Of a stretch of 64,000 nucleotides of DNA, positions 25,001-40,000 are shown piece by piece; the stretch's first letter is position 1, and the number at the start of each line of letters is the position of its first letter. The notes beneath the pieces are model-generated. The model worked only from the letters and a program-made list of their open reading frames with translations, had not been told where the DNA came from and did no database searches. Made by a program: the position numbers and the translations under genes. The DNA is from Phoronis australis (lineage: Eukaryota; Animalia; Phoronida), in NCBI GenBank assembly GCA_002633005.1, contig NMRA01000200.1:406527-470526 (forward strand), in the 5' to 3' direction.

Positions 25001-28000
25001 TTGATGCCGCGGTGACAACTTTTGCCACCCGTTTGTGAGTTAGAGCGATTTGCGCTCGATCATCTTGTTCCATGTCAATTATATGTCTAAACACAAAACT
25101 GGGGCAAGGCGGAAGGGATCATCTCTACAGCGCTTGTGCAATGACCTACATACGGGTTCTCTGTCTCTGCAACTAAGGCCATTTGTAAACTTGCTCATGT
25201 GCGTTCCACTCTCCAGCCTACAACTTCCGTCTTGCCATAGTTAGTGAGTTGTTTGTGTAAACGGCCGCTTGACACTGATCAGTTTGCTCCGTGTCAGTTG
25301 CGCTGGGCCAAAAGTTGATGTCTAAATGGGATTACTCACTCTCTGCGCAAGAAACATCTACTTCACAATGATACCAATGAAGAGGTGTTCAAGAATCTGC
25401 ATCTTTTTTTAAAAAAAAGAACCCTTAAGAAAAGCAGCTAACCCTCCTGTTTAATTAACTGTAACCCAATTCACCAAACAAGAATCTATACCATGCTTGT
25501 ATCAATTATGGCCTGATCATGTTAACACTGATTGTTTCTATTCATAAAGCTTTATCAAATTAAGCGAAATCTCATCTATTATATGCTTCTTTCATTTTTG
25601 CCCATTTAGAACACCAAGTGAATTTTCTCAACCGAATATTCAGAATTACTTTTAAAAAGTTGTTTTTATAATTGCAGCATTCTTGTTGTGATATGCATTT
25701 TGTCAACGTTAACATTTTGTTTATTTAAAAATGTGACATTGAAACATTTTTAGTTTTAAATACATTATGACTTAAGTTATTTTGTTTGTGTTTTGATTTG
25801 TTCATTGTATTGGTAGTGAATAATAAACCTATTAGATGCATTTGCTCATGTTCATAATTTTACGTAAAAAATTGATTGAAGCTCAACATTTCATAGTAAA
25901 CAAATTGTGAATACTAACATTGTGGCAGCATGCAGAAATTGGCAAATAAGTATAGTCTACAGAATGTACTGGTACTTTCCCTTCCATGGCAAGTAATGAC
26001 AGCTTGTAGTATAAAGACTGTAAAGATGGTTCCTGTGTGTTCAGCTGTGTCTTATCTAAGCATCTCTATGTGGTTATGTAACTGTAGGAATGTTCAACTG
26101 CTTCATTAGGTTTTTTGTCATTGTTGTAAGGGTCAGATTGTAAAAGGTGTTGACATAGTGTATTATGAAGGCTTTTCTCCCTTCAGTCTGCTGTCCTTTA
26201 CAATATTAAATCTATCATTTAGCACAGCCAAACAAAACAGGTGTTCATAATTCCCATTTTCTAACACCACTGGTATTTTCCCACCTCTGCACTCCCTAGT
26301 GAAAGTAAATGCGGCCAACCTTTGCCAAAAATAACAATGTATGTGTCACCAATGAAATAAATGCTATTTTTTGTCTCTTAATATAATAAATTTTAAGCCG
26401 CTTACCTGGGATTGATAAAACTACACTAGTCCTCGTTGTGGGGATTATAGCATCTAATAAAGCCAACCATTAGTATGTGTACCCTCACTGATGTTATTAC
26501 ACAGATTTGGGCAAGAGTGTGGCAAGAGCATGTTTCAGCCAGTGGCTATCATCAAGGGGTCATCAAGGGGTCATGTTAGCAAGTGTGCTTTAGTAATCAA
26601 CTGCATCTTGCTGCAACATGAGTTTTCTTTGCCCAGATTATTACAAATTTCATGGGTGAGTTCGCTTACTCAAAACTTGTGTTCCTGATGACAGTTACAC
26701 TTTCTGTGGGATTAGGTTGTTGTTGTCAGCTAGGCCTCCGGAAGACTATTTTTACACCACCCAGGTTGTGACTATGTGCTACTAAAGTCAGTAGATTGTG
26801 TTTCAAATGTTTCAAACTTATAACGTTTAGACCTGGGCACCTAACCTGAAAGGAGCCACAAGGTATTAATGTCCCTCAAGAGTTTCTGAACAACTGTTAG
26901 GTCACAAAGTTTCATTAAGGCCAGAATTATGTTCCCACTACTGTGTCATAATAGAAACCCTGCTGGTAAGAACCTCTTATGAACACTTTCAACAATCATT
27001 TCCTCTCAATAGACAACTTTGGTTGCTTAATCATGTTCCCAGGTCTACTGTGGATTTTGAGATCATTTATGTAATGTGGCAATTTCAAGAGCCTGTTTGG
27101 CAACTGTGACCCCACCATTTCAAATGTTTGTCAGCAGACGGGGTGGATCCAGGATTTTGAGTTAGGGTGGGGGGGTAGGGCATAGGAATAACCAGAATTT
27201 CACCACATGCACGCGCACAGCCTAAAATGTAGGGATGCAGGGGTCTCGAATCTTTGGGTTTGTGGACCTTATTACTAAAAAAAACCTGTAAACGGGTTTG
27301 CTCAAGGCCTATGCATTGTACATTCGCCGCCAAGCCCCCCTGGGTGCGCATGTGCTAGTCAGCAATTCGCACCCCGAACTGCCACATGGTATCTGGGAGA
27401 ATTTTAGAGAAGGCCCTAAATCCGCCACTGAGCAGCAAGCATAACAAATATATGCTCAATAGATGGCTTATCTCCCCTGAATATTAGTCCTGGAATTGTT
27501 TTTGGCTCATGGCAGGTGATCCAAAATCCAGGATTTTTACTGCGGGAAGGCTAGGTTGTGGAGAATATTGAACAAAACCTGCTGTATCCTGCTCTTCACA
27601 CCACCTCCATGTTGATGTTATCATGGACGATTCTGCATATCTGAATCTGACTGTGAAATTCCTATTTCAAGTTATTTCAAAAGCCCTCTTAACTACAAGT
27701 GTCTGTAACCTTCTTGCCACCTTGTGATGGGAGGAACTGAGGTTTGTTTATGCGAACATTCATTACCAACCTTTAAATATTTGGAGTTGGCTATGGCTTC
27801 AGGTCAACAACTGTTCAACTTTTGTCATTTAATGTCTGGACAGTTTCTTGTTTTCTCTTTTCCTTGTCGTTTCTTTTTACTGGACTAAATTTTCCAAATG
27901 AGCTCTAAACGTTTTTAATATTCACATTTTCATTCATAGACATTCCTTCACAACTACACCACCAGCGTGTCACTGAACTCGAATGTCTTTTAAGGTTTTT

Positions 28001-31000
28001 CATGTCATCGGTATTCTGCCCTCACATTTGGTTTTAGATAAGCATGTAGCCTCCATGTATTACTTGGCAGACATAATCATGTTAATAAAACAATAATTGA
28101 CTTTCACACTGGACAATACCCTATCGTGGTTTTCAAACCCCAAAACCCTCGGTAATAATGTTGTCTCTGCCTCTGTCATTATCACATTTTTGAGTTCTGA
28201 AAACCAACATATTGACCTAGTACTAGAAAAGACACTAATTGTCTTATAGTATTTCTGTTACTTATGTTTGAAGATCATGAGACGTGAAGCTAGTAGGGTA
28301 TGCAGTGAAACCAGATGAATATATGCCAGAAAAAATGTCATTTATTAATGACTGAAAACAGAGTAGCTGCAAAGAGCTGCGCCAAGTACTATCATTCAAT
28401 AATATGATACCAAAATGAATGTAGAATAATAATTAGAAAGGGTTACTGTGTACTATAATGAATAATGTAACTGTATACAATTTATTACAATTTAAATAAT
28501 ATAGATGCAAAAATGAACAATACTAAGTATGATATAGTACATTATGATATGTAATATAGAAAATAAAGTACCATATGACTGAATAATGTTTATGGTGTAT
28601 GGGGGATAGAAGTAAGGTGTGATTTAAATAAGGTATTACAACTTATTTTTGAATGGATGAGAAGCAAAGTAATTGATTAGCATAACACAGATAGGTGCAG
28701 TAGATTTTGTGGTCGGGTAAAAGATACTGATGTGCTGGAATTGGTAGAAATGTCCTAACCCTGGTATAGTTGAGCAGAGACTGCGGAAAGCATATGTTTG
28801 TTTGGGTGAAAGGCAAAATTTGTAAGCTGTTCCCGTTATGTCATAGTGGAAAATAGGTCAGTACCTGAATATTTTATAACAATGCCATGTTCATGACAAT
28901 GCCATGACTGAACAATCTTGTGGTGACAAATTGGACATACCTATTGATATATGAAACTGACATTGTGGATAGTGGCTTTGTGCAAAAACCAGTAAAAGCA
29001 TTCACATGAACGAATCAACCATTCAGGTTAAAGCCCTTGCCCATTCTCATCTTAGTGCCTGTCTCCTGATTTTTGAGTTTCACAATCTAAACAACCTGGG
29101 CAGTAATCCAGACTAGTACGTAGTTTCATCAAATGAAATGCATTTTACTTAAGTGTTCATTCGTCAATGCATAGAATTTACACTACTTTTGCTATCTTGA
29201 TAAATTAAAAAATCAACATTCTCAGCCCAAACTCATTCACCCTCTCAAAAATGCAATAATCCAAAAATACCAAAAACTAACCCAAAATTGTCAAGCCACT
29301 TGAGTGGTGAACAAGGAATTTTGTAGAGCAGATGTGTCTCCATTTGTTATGTCTGTCAACGTGATGGTCATTTGTACTGGGGTATTGTCACTGTGTATAT
29401 ACTGGGTCTGGACTAACTGTCCCACAACTGCTGACACTACTCTAAATGACCTCTTGTAATTTCTCTTGGGGTAAAAAACAAGCTGGAGTTGAGAAAGTAA
29501 ATGTTTGTCGAGTTTTGCAAAAATTCTCCGTGGAGATGCCTTCTTATTTTTGCACAAAAACTGATGAGCCACTGTTCAGACATTAAGCTCCTGTAAAGTT
29601 TGTTATCTCCAATACAATTAACATTCTTTGAGAGGCCTGTCTTCAGTTTTTTTTTTCTTTTTTAATTATGATAGGCTGGAGGAGTCGGCACCAGCACCTC
29701 AGGTTACATTTGGTCTCTTGACAAATGTACTTAAGCTGAAAGTTTGTGGGAATCCTTTAAAGTTTCAAGAGCTTCAGCCCCAGTCTGAAACTTTAGTCAT
29801 CAAATACTAACTGCGGTTTAGTCAGGCATTTCCCTGGTTGTCCTCACTAGCACCAAACACTTGAAAAGCTTCATAAATAAACTTATTGACAAGTGTCAAA
29901 ACCTCTCAGGATACTGTTAGTGTATACTGTCAACATTTCAGGTAAATTCCTCAATTTCAGAGCCTGAGAATTTAGACCTATGATAATTATTTTGCTATAG
30001 CAGTTTTGAATTTGGTGACATTTTGCCATTAAAAATGTAAAGTAGTGGTGTCCAAAGTTATGAAATGAGCCCTTAAAACATTTCACCCTTTCATAACCAA
30101 TTTTCAGTTTCCTAAATTTAAAGACCATCCTGAGCCAAGGAGTCCAAGAAGTTTTCCCTTTCACAGTCACTTAGACATGAGTGTTAGCACCCAGCTGAGT
30201 TGTGTAAGTGGAGAAGGGTCATTAACTCATCATGATGTCAGTCAGGTTTTCCTTTGGATTTAAATCACCACAGTACTCTCATTAGAGCACTTCATTCCAT
30301 AGATTTACATCACCACAGTACTCTCATTAGAACACTTCATTCCTTAGATTTACATCACCACAGTACTCTCATTAGAGCACTTCATTCCATAGATTTAAAT
30401 CACCACAGTACTCTCATTAGAACACTTCATTCCATAGATTTACACCACCACAGTACTCTCATTAGAGCACTTCATTCCATAGATTTACATCGCCACAGTA
30501 CTCTCATTAGAACACTTCATTGCATAGATTTACATCACCACAGTACTCTCATTAGAGCACTTCATTCCATAGATTTACATCGCCACAGTACTCTCATTAG
30601 AACGCTTCATTCCATAGATTTGCACCACCACAGTACTCTCATTAGAGCACTTCATTCCATAGATTTACATCACCACAGTACTCTCATTAGAGCACTTCAT
30701 TCCATAGATTTACATCGCCACAGTACTCTCATTAGAACGCTTCATTCCATAGATTTACATCACCACAGTACTTTCATTAGAACGCTTCATTCAGTATACT
30801 GTAAAAATCCTTAAGACGATTCAAACGAATCAGGCTATTTCCTCTAAACAGTATGTTGAAATCTGATTTATCTGAAGGGCCGAGTGCATGAACTAGAACA
30901 CACTAGAACAACAGTTCCGCTGAACTTTGTCCAACATATGCATTTTCAACTTATGCAAGCTTTATTGTATTTATTGGATAAATATTCTAAAAATGTATAC

Positions 31001-34000
31001 AAAAATATTTTGAAATAGACACATCAGGGTATAATTTAACTTGAGGAACCCGTGTTCCTTACTTATCAAATTTTGTGACTACAGGAATGATAAAACACCT
31101 TCTTAGAAACCTTAAAAGATTGATTGCAATAATACTGTCAGAGCTAACATCTAATGAAAGGGTTGTTGTATTGGATGAAATAAATGCATTAGAGGCAACA
31201 GAGATGATTAGAAATATCATGTTAAGGTGATGTGCATTTACTGTCGACATGTCATCATTAGGATAATCTAGTTCCTTATGGAGTTAGTAGAGACTAATCC
31301 AGCTGCCAGTACACATCTGTGGGTTGATTGGTGTTTGTTTGTGAACATGTAGTTCTCTAAATACATTATGTCATCCCTGGCTTGGACATGCTATACCTAA
31401 TTATATTCTATTGACATTTCATTGATCCTTGATGTCCCCCTTGTTGCACAACTCTGGGATGAGTTACGATATACCTGAAAGACGTTTGATGAAGAAACTA
31501 TGCAACACGTTAAATACATTTATGACTGTCATGTGAGTTGATGCTTTTCTCCTCCGAAGGGAAAATTTGGCAATACAGAATATCGTTTAGTTTTGGACAA
31601 AACTAATTTAAAATTTGTCATTTTTCAATGGCTTACTCTATTGCTACTAGGTGCTCAAGATTTTGTTGTTTATTCTTTGAGGGCATTCATACAAATCATG
31701 CTATTGAGAATGATAACTTTCCTTCATTTTTTGCCATAAATTTGATGATGCAATTTTTCAGATGAATTCTCTATGCTGCCATTGAGGAGTAAATTGTGCA
31801 TTCCATGTTCCCTTGTCTGCTTCCATTGTTTCATGTGCCAGACTTGCATCTTTGATGTTCACCAGGACTGGCTTGTTATTCCTTTCACCCATTTTATCAC
31901 AAATATATGCAGACATTGTCACATCCTTTGTGAAGGTCAAAAATGCTCTTGACAAGTTCTTAGGAACAAAAGTGGCATGCACTGAGCCTGAGTTGTGTTA
32001 CATACTTGACTACTGATTGGCAGCTTTTTGAGTATTGGTGATTTCTTTTTGGGAGCTCTCCAAAGTAGAGTTCAGGGACACCATCACCAGCTGTCTGCAA
32101 TAAATAAGTATTTTCAAAATGGTCTTCTCAAACATTTATACCTTTTGTCATTCCAGAGATAAAGTTTGCAATTAGTTCCCAACTTCAAATGTACACTATT
32201 ACTTACGTCATGGTGTATAAGATCTCACTGGGTTTGTACTGGAAAATTTAGGTGACTGCAATGCAAGGTCAAGCTTATCTTGCAAATGAGTTTGAATTGT
32301 GGATGCATGTATTCAGTGGTGTTGAGGTTATCACAGAAATAATACTTCTGTATCTGTCTACATGTTTTTAGCTCAATGCTTTTAACAAAAAATAACAACG
32401 GAAGTTGTCTCCCTCCACATTCGCATGCAGCATCGCAGCTGAGTGTGGTATCACTCGCCCATTATCCATTCTGAACATGTCTAGCACTTTGTGGATTGTT
32501 TCCCTTTCAAAAGTGTCCCTCTGTCTAATGCTTGTTTGCTTTGTTTCAGGACAGTGCACCAGCGCCACCTGCTACAATGGCGGCCGTTGTTCTGGAAGCT
32601 CTGTGCAGTTGTGCTCCTGTCCTCGTGGTTTCCAAGGGCCTCGCTGCCAGTATGGTAAGGACATGTTTGTGGTTTTAGTTTCCTGCCACAGTGCATGGTC
32701 ATTTGCTCAAAGTGATCGCAACAGGACCTGAGTGCACGCAGAACAATATGGTGGCTGTTAGTACCAACTGTGGAAGCTGCTAATGAAACAGAAACACATG
32801 TACACAAGCATGTTATTTTAACACATGTTCTTTAATAGATGGCATGGGCATGTTATCAGTGACTTCTATTATTAGCAGGAAGCTATCAAACAGTATCATA
32901 GTAATAGTTTGTGAAAATGATGTAATTGTTTCTTATCAAGTGCTTGTGTTTATGTGAAACCCTTATTTTAGCTCTGAGTTGACCCAGGAACGTGAATGAA
33001 GAGAATAACTTCCTGTGAGTTTGTCAGTTGTTTCTAAAAGCAGAGGTAGTTTGTCATGTACCTCTGGGGAGGTCTGCAAGAACCATGTGACTAGAATGAC
33101 AGCCATAGTGAACACATCTCTGACATCATCTTCTCTGACATAGCATGTGTGGCACTAGTATTGTTTTCAGTGTCTACATGGTTTTAATTCCTACTCCTAA
33201 ACTTCCTTTAGCTCGAAGTTTACCAAAACGGTTAAAACCTTCAGATGAAATAGTCTCTAAATCAACTAACAAACATATTTTGTTATTTCTGAGAGCCCAA
33301 GTCAAATGAGAAAACACAATTTAGAAATATGATTGACTACTTCCTCTGGTTTGCTGGAAAGGGTCACCAAAAGTTTGAAAAACAAGCATTTGTTTAAAAA
33401 GTAGCCTACTAAAAATCCACCATAGGACTAATGACAGCAGAGTGTCTGTCATCGCCCTGGCTTATTTAAACATCCTGTAAGTTTGTGTACACTTACTTCT
33501 CTATACTGGCCATCTGGCATATATTACTTAATATGTTTCAAAAAACATATCTCACATTTATTGCTACAGTGAATATCTACCATATTTTGTACGGAATGAT
33601 ATCATGTTAGAGAGGTTCACAAAGAATGTCCATCAATAAGAGTACCCATTCTGGAATTGACAAGTTGGGAAATTAAGGGGTTTCGTAATTAAAACATACT
33701 CATATTAAAAGATGTCAGTTCCTCCCCAAAGGTGACTGATCATGAATGCCATAATTGTCACAAAGTTGTTTAACTATATAATGACAACTATTAATGCTGT
33801 AGACAGTTTACAACAAAGCTTAAAAGCTACTGATAACATCTGTGACAACTGTCACAAATGTTTGTCCATCTCTTGACCATGACAATTTGAAGATGGGGTA
33901 CCTGCAAGAATGAACCAAAATATTTGCTCAGTTCAATTGTTTGAGGTTCAGGCAGTACTTGGTGCAGGAGATAAGCTCAATTTGACTGACATACTTTGTG

Positions 34001-37000
34001 TTCACTCTCTCCAAAACATCAATGAAGTAGACAGCCCATAAATTCAGTTATTTCCAGTTGATACTGACATCTGGTGTAGCTAAGTACTCCTTGCTAGTTC
34101 ACAACATGTGTGCTGTTCATGTCTGCTACTCAGGCAATATTGCAACATAATGTACATTCCCCTGCATAACTGCTGTTTTCCATTGATATTATTTGAACTT
34201 GTTTTTACCTTCTTGTCAGGAATTTAATCAAGTATTAAGCATTTAATTTGGCGAAAAGTTGCGGCATTTTCTGTACTTCCATTTCTGGATAGAGCTGGGA
34301 AATAGTCTTAGTAGAATATAATGAAGTTTTGATGGAGTTTTAACTATTACTGTGTGCTGCATTAGTCGCTTATGAGGTCTGCTGTTTTGGACAGAGTACT
34401 GTGAAACTTTTGCCATTTAAGATGGTAAATCCATTAACTGGTTCATCTTCCTGCTTGTGTTTACAGCACAGTTAAGCCTCATTTTAAACACTCACAGAAC
34501 TGGTAAGTTTATGCCAGGGTAATGGTTTACACCATCACAAATGAGTTTTTCATGGTTTAGTTGAGACCAAGAATTGTATTGTATCAGGTCTTGCATGCAG
34601 TATGGATGTGTAGGATTTCATTAAATGGGAAAGGAAAAAACAAAAGTGATTTCATTTATTTTGTTTAAAACACTTTCAAACATGTGTTTGTTAATAAGGT
34701 TTGTGTTTTAAGACTGTGTAACGAATTAGAAAGGTGTCCACAGCACAGTCTGACTTGATATAGGTTCATAGCACTTCATTTTTGTGTTACGTATGGGAGA
34801 ATCTCAGTACTAATTTCAGACAAAAATAATTACAGGGCTGCCAAATGTTACATATTCTAAAATACTTTTAGGGCTTAAAGAATCACTACATGTGGGATGG
34901 GATTTAAAACGTTACAAATTCTGTGGATTTATTTGTAAAAGATGTTTATAATTAATGTCATTTTAAGCACCAGAGCAGATGAAATTGAAGCAGAAAACTG
35001 CAGTGTCAGTGGTATTTTACTGCTGCACAGTGTGGTGGACATTCATTGACACCTGATCAAATTGACCAGCTGGTGGACAAAGACAGGCTGAGGACTCTCA
35101 TGAATGATAAAATCTCACCAATTTAGGACACATTATGGTGAACAAATGAAATGTTATTTTTTCATTTTTTCATAGAAGATATGTTGCACCTAATTAATGC
35201 TTTTCCGTGTTTAAATTCTATACCATGGCTTCCACCAGATAATATTTTGCAGTAATTGGGGGTATTTACAATTTTAAAAGCCCTTGAAAATGAAAAAATG
35301 TCAATTTTGACAATTATTTCTATCTGAAATTGGTGAGATTTTGCTACATTGTTTGTTTTCCAACTCATTCACTGGTGCCCAATATTGCTTAACATTTCAG
35401 AAGCTTATGTCAATCATAGGCATTTTCCTGCTTCCCACAGTAAGGAGAGTTCAATTCAGGATGCTGCTATTGATCAAGTAATCCATAGTTTCATCTAACC
35501 ACAATCCAGGCAAGCCAACACTAAGCCCAGTAGGAGACCGTGGGTGCAATATTTCCTTTTTTCATGCAAAACTCCTCGTCTATCCAAGTTAAAAAGTTAG
35601 CTGGTTATGGTGAGGTGTAAGATTAGGACAGCTTGTTGATACATGAGCATTTTATTTTGGTGAGTCAGAGAAACTCTGAACTCATAATTGGAAACATGTG
35701 GTTCACTCTGGCTTTGGTGTCCTCTTTAGTTCTGAAACAAAATAGTTTCTTGATAATCACTTTGTGGTACCCCTAAATAGATTTGGAGAAACATGTGGAA
35801 GTTCTGCTGCATTCAAATGTTCTGTCTCTGAATGTGTCATTTTATACTTGAATTCAAGAATTGATGTGATAGTTTTTATATTATTTTGTTTTATTGCACA
35901 GTATTATTTGGGCTCACTTGTCATATCTTGTAATTGTAAATAAAAAACCTCTTGTTGTTAATTTTGGTGAGATGTATGGTAATTCTCCACTTAAATTTGC
36001 AAATATAATAATATATTGTCAAAATTGTGAAAACTGAATGCTGTTCATGTTAACTCCAACGTTCTTGGGATAAATAGGGTAATTACTTCCATTGCACAAT
36101 TTTTTTTGTCAAAATTGTCATTTTCCATTCTTCCAAGGTTGATTACTTACTGCAAATAATGGAAATTTATGGACACTTACTTTGTGTGATCTACATAGTA
36201 CAAAGCATGGTAGTCATGTACTAAAATTTTCTTCATTTTTATTTTGTGTAGAAATTTAACGAGGCAAAATTTCACTTGTCTGCCATACTGTGTGATAACT
36301 AATTGAAGAATTACTGTTGCCATTTGCTCTCCTAACACTTCCAGTGCAGATGGTCCTGGTAGGGCTATATTTACCTTATGGAGACCCACTTTCACTCTTC
36401 ATAGTTTAAAATATTGCACTAAGTTGAAATGTTGTTTTTATTGTAAACACTGCTGTTAATGTCCATTGTTTATCTAGCCATTTACACCAATGGATGGAGT
36501 TGTTGACTAGTCCATTGTGTTAGTCTTTTGTTGGCATAAGTTACTTTCACACCTGGGGTGTGTGTTGCCCAAAACATCATTCTCACCCAACTGTCAATTG
36601 ACTTTTGTGTGGTTTATAAACCCTTTGGTCAGCCTTTTGCCCATGTTCAAACATTTGTAGTACAACCTGGGAAGTCAACTTCATTAAATATTCGGCAGCA
36701 GTGTTGACTTTACATAGTCAAGATTACTGTGCTTTCAAAATTACTGCGCCACTTTCATTTTAATTTAAGATGATTGTTTCCATAGATTAAAAGCCTTAAA
36801 TGATTTCTACTTTCATGAATTTTTTAGTATTTTAAATTTCGCTTAATTGTTTAACACTTCATTTTATTTCATTTCTGGTGTTAATTAAGCAAGATTCTCT
36901 TTTTATAATCCATGTGAATTCATTTGATAGGTTTTAGTTACTAATGGGGTCTATAGAGAGATGTCTTAAAAGGACATTCGTGACGAGGAAAGTAATTTTA

Positions 37001-40000
37001 CAGAGATTAGCAGTAGTGCGGCGTCGAGCCCACTAGCTTCGCAATAGTAGCTTGGCAATAGTAGCTTGGCAATAGTAGCTTGGCAATAGTAGCTTGGCAA
37101 TAGTAGCTTGGCAATAGTAGCCGAATGTTTTGATGCTGAGCCAAATCTCAGTCATTAAATAGCAGAATATGCGCTTTGATTTCAACGAATGTCTGGCAGA
37201 CAATAGTGGTTATTGGCGATTTGTAAGAAAATCACAAAAATATGCTGTTTTATAATTTTGTTCAATGGTAATAATATCAAGGAGTCCCATCCATCAATAA
37301 TCTCAAAATGCTTGTTACTTTATAGTTGTGTTTTTGTTTTGGTTAGATAAACAACACAACACAGATCATGCCTTCTGGGTATCTGTGACAGCACACCCAA
37401 AACAAGAAGTGACCCACTTGAATAGTGCCGGGGGGGGGGGGGGTAGGAGGTCACGCTCAACTGGTCACATGGTCAATATAATGAAACTGATCCTTGTGGG
37501 CGCATTTTTTCATTTAAAGATGGTTTCTGAGGGATTTTTATACTAGTATCAAATCTGGCAAAACCTTTCTAGGCTAAGAGGTTGTTGTATTGTTTACTGG
37601 CAATGCTCAGCGACATGCTATATCTTATCAATATTAGGGTTTGCAAGCTATGGTGCGTTTGGCTGGATTTGTTCACGCCCTAACCACCTCACTATTAACA
37701 CTGATTGTGTGATAGGCCTCTTGTTTAGGTTGGTTGGTGATGTGAGAATGAGTGTGTCCAATGGAGTCCATGTAGAATAGACTGATGTTCAGGTTCAGAG
37801 CAAAAATGCGTAAGGCAGGCACACAATCATGCAATCAACTAGTTCAATAATAATCCATGTCTATGATCCTATCCCAAGTTTGTGGTACTGTTGGGACAGC
37901 TGGCAGGGTCTAATTTTTCTGACATTTAAAACTGGTTGGAGAATAAACATAGTTTAGAAGATGACTTCAGATATGTCTGGTACCAAGTTTTGATAACTCG
38001 CATCTTCAAATGTCATTAATCAGTGAACACACCTAATGTATGTTGCCTTAATCATATCACCTTTTGTTTCCCCAGTATTGTCTGAGCTCCTATCTCCCTA
38101 AGGGTACCAATTCTGCACTAGGACGACCTGCTACATCTGATGGTGGAATTTGTGTGTGAGGCGAAACTGAAAACTCTTGTCAGTGTTTGAGTTTCAGACT
38201 AGCAAGTGTATTAAGAGTAATACATTTGGAAATCTTGTTTTGGATAGCTGCTTATGTTTGCATTGTTCACATGCTTTCTAGGTGCTGCCATGTCTGTTCT
38301 TGTAATATCATCGGACAATGGCCGCAAAAACCAGGTTAGACCATGATCTGATGAGCTACCCTGCTCACCTGATGTGTATTGGCTGACTACACTCACTAAA
38401 ATAACAAACTGTCTGGTTTATTTGTGGGATGATACTAAGCCAATCTGTCAACTTCACATCCCTATACCACAGGCTATATTGATTGTTGATACCATCTTCC
38501 ACTCAACACTTACTGATCATTATCAAGACTCAATGTTGATTCCAAGTGGGTGACTTTCATCAACAACTAATGGGTTTCTGCATCAACTCAGTTTTTTGTT
38601 TTACAAGTGTTCTTATCAGGTCTATTGCTGTTCTACCTCGGTTGCCAGTCAATGGTTCAAAACTTTTTTAAAGTTCCTTTGACAGACTCTTCAACTTATT
38701 TTTTGTCGATCTGTGTACTTCAACTTTGACCTCACAAGTGCTGGCTCTTGACCTCTGGTAACCCTTATTTTTCAACGGACTCTCAGCTTCGGGGTCAGTG
38801 TTCTCAAGAGATTTCAGTAACTAAAATCAAACTCTCATTTTAGTCATTGCAAACACTTATCTTGGGTCTGACTACATTGTATGTGGAAGGAAGTCAAATA
38901 TTAGGGTATGGACTAAATAGATTGGCGTGTGCATTACCTGAATACAGGTATATACTTGTATCCTCTCTTCAAAACGCTAGGTGGAAGGGTAAACTGTTTT
39001 GAATGTCAATTCAAAAACCGTTTTTATTTAATTTAAACTCCTTCTAATATTTCGTCGTATCATTATTATTCAAGAAGATTTTGATACAATAATGTCTGAC
39101 TTGCACCATGTCTATTTCTCTTTAAAAGTCCTTTGAGATAATTGGCTATCAATGATTCAGATTCTTAAGTAACTGTTCATTAAGTATTAATAGTTGACAC
39201 TTGAAACTACATATTTATTAAATCCGTGATGATCACAGTATGGTACTTGCTCAAAATCAGTGCCCAGATGTTCATAATCACATGAGTGCACTTTTTTTTC
39301 AAAAATGTGATTTTTCACGGATATCGCTGTATTTTCCACAAGCGACTGCGTGAATATTTTCACACGGAATTTTGCGAATTCTTGTTTCTTTATTGTCTTA
39401 TCTACAAAAGCTTGACTGGGATTTTATTTCAAGGCCTTGTAGCCAGAGAACTCCGCTGTCAAAAAATGAAGGTGTCAACATTCGTTAAGAAAATAAAAGT
39501 TTTGAATTTTGACAGTTGAGCTCTTGGACTAAGAGAACTTTAGAGAAAATCCCAGAAATAATTATGTAACTAATAGAATAAAGAAACAGAATGTGCAAGT
39601 TTTGTGTGTAAAATTTCATGTTTTGTGCTAATATGACAATCTGTGAAAAAATCACATTTTTCAAAAAATGCAATCATGTGATTACCGAAATCTGTGTATT
39701 GCTTTCATGCATGTAATACTATTCTGTGATCATCAAAGATTTTAGAAACAAAATTATTTTGTTGGTATAAGTACTTTAAGAGTTATATTTATGAAATTTA
39801 ATCTTTGGTAATGAAGCTAGCCTATGACATTAGCTATAAGGAAGATATCTCCAGTCTCTGTTACCCTTTCCATTGGTTGCCAAGTATCACGCACAACACA
39901 GTTAAACAGAAGCAAAGCAAACATTCATTGATACTTAGGTGTCTTTGAACAAACTATGATTCTTTTTGTAGAAGTGAGTTGTGTCTTTATTCTATATTCG

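Noticed and set aside
28110-28180. [16 protein letters not shown] resembling a Penelope linker motif
   Set aside because: Too short and frameshifted to call.
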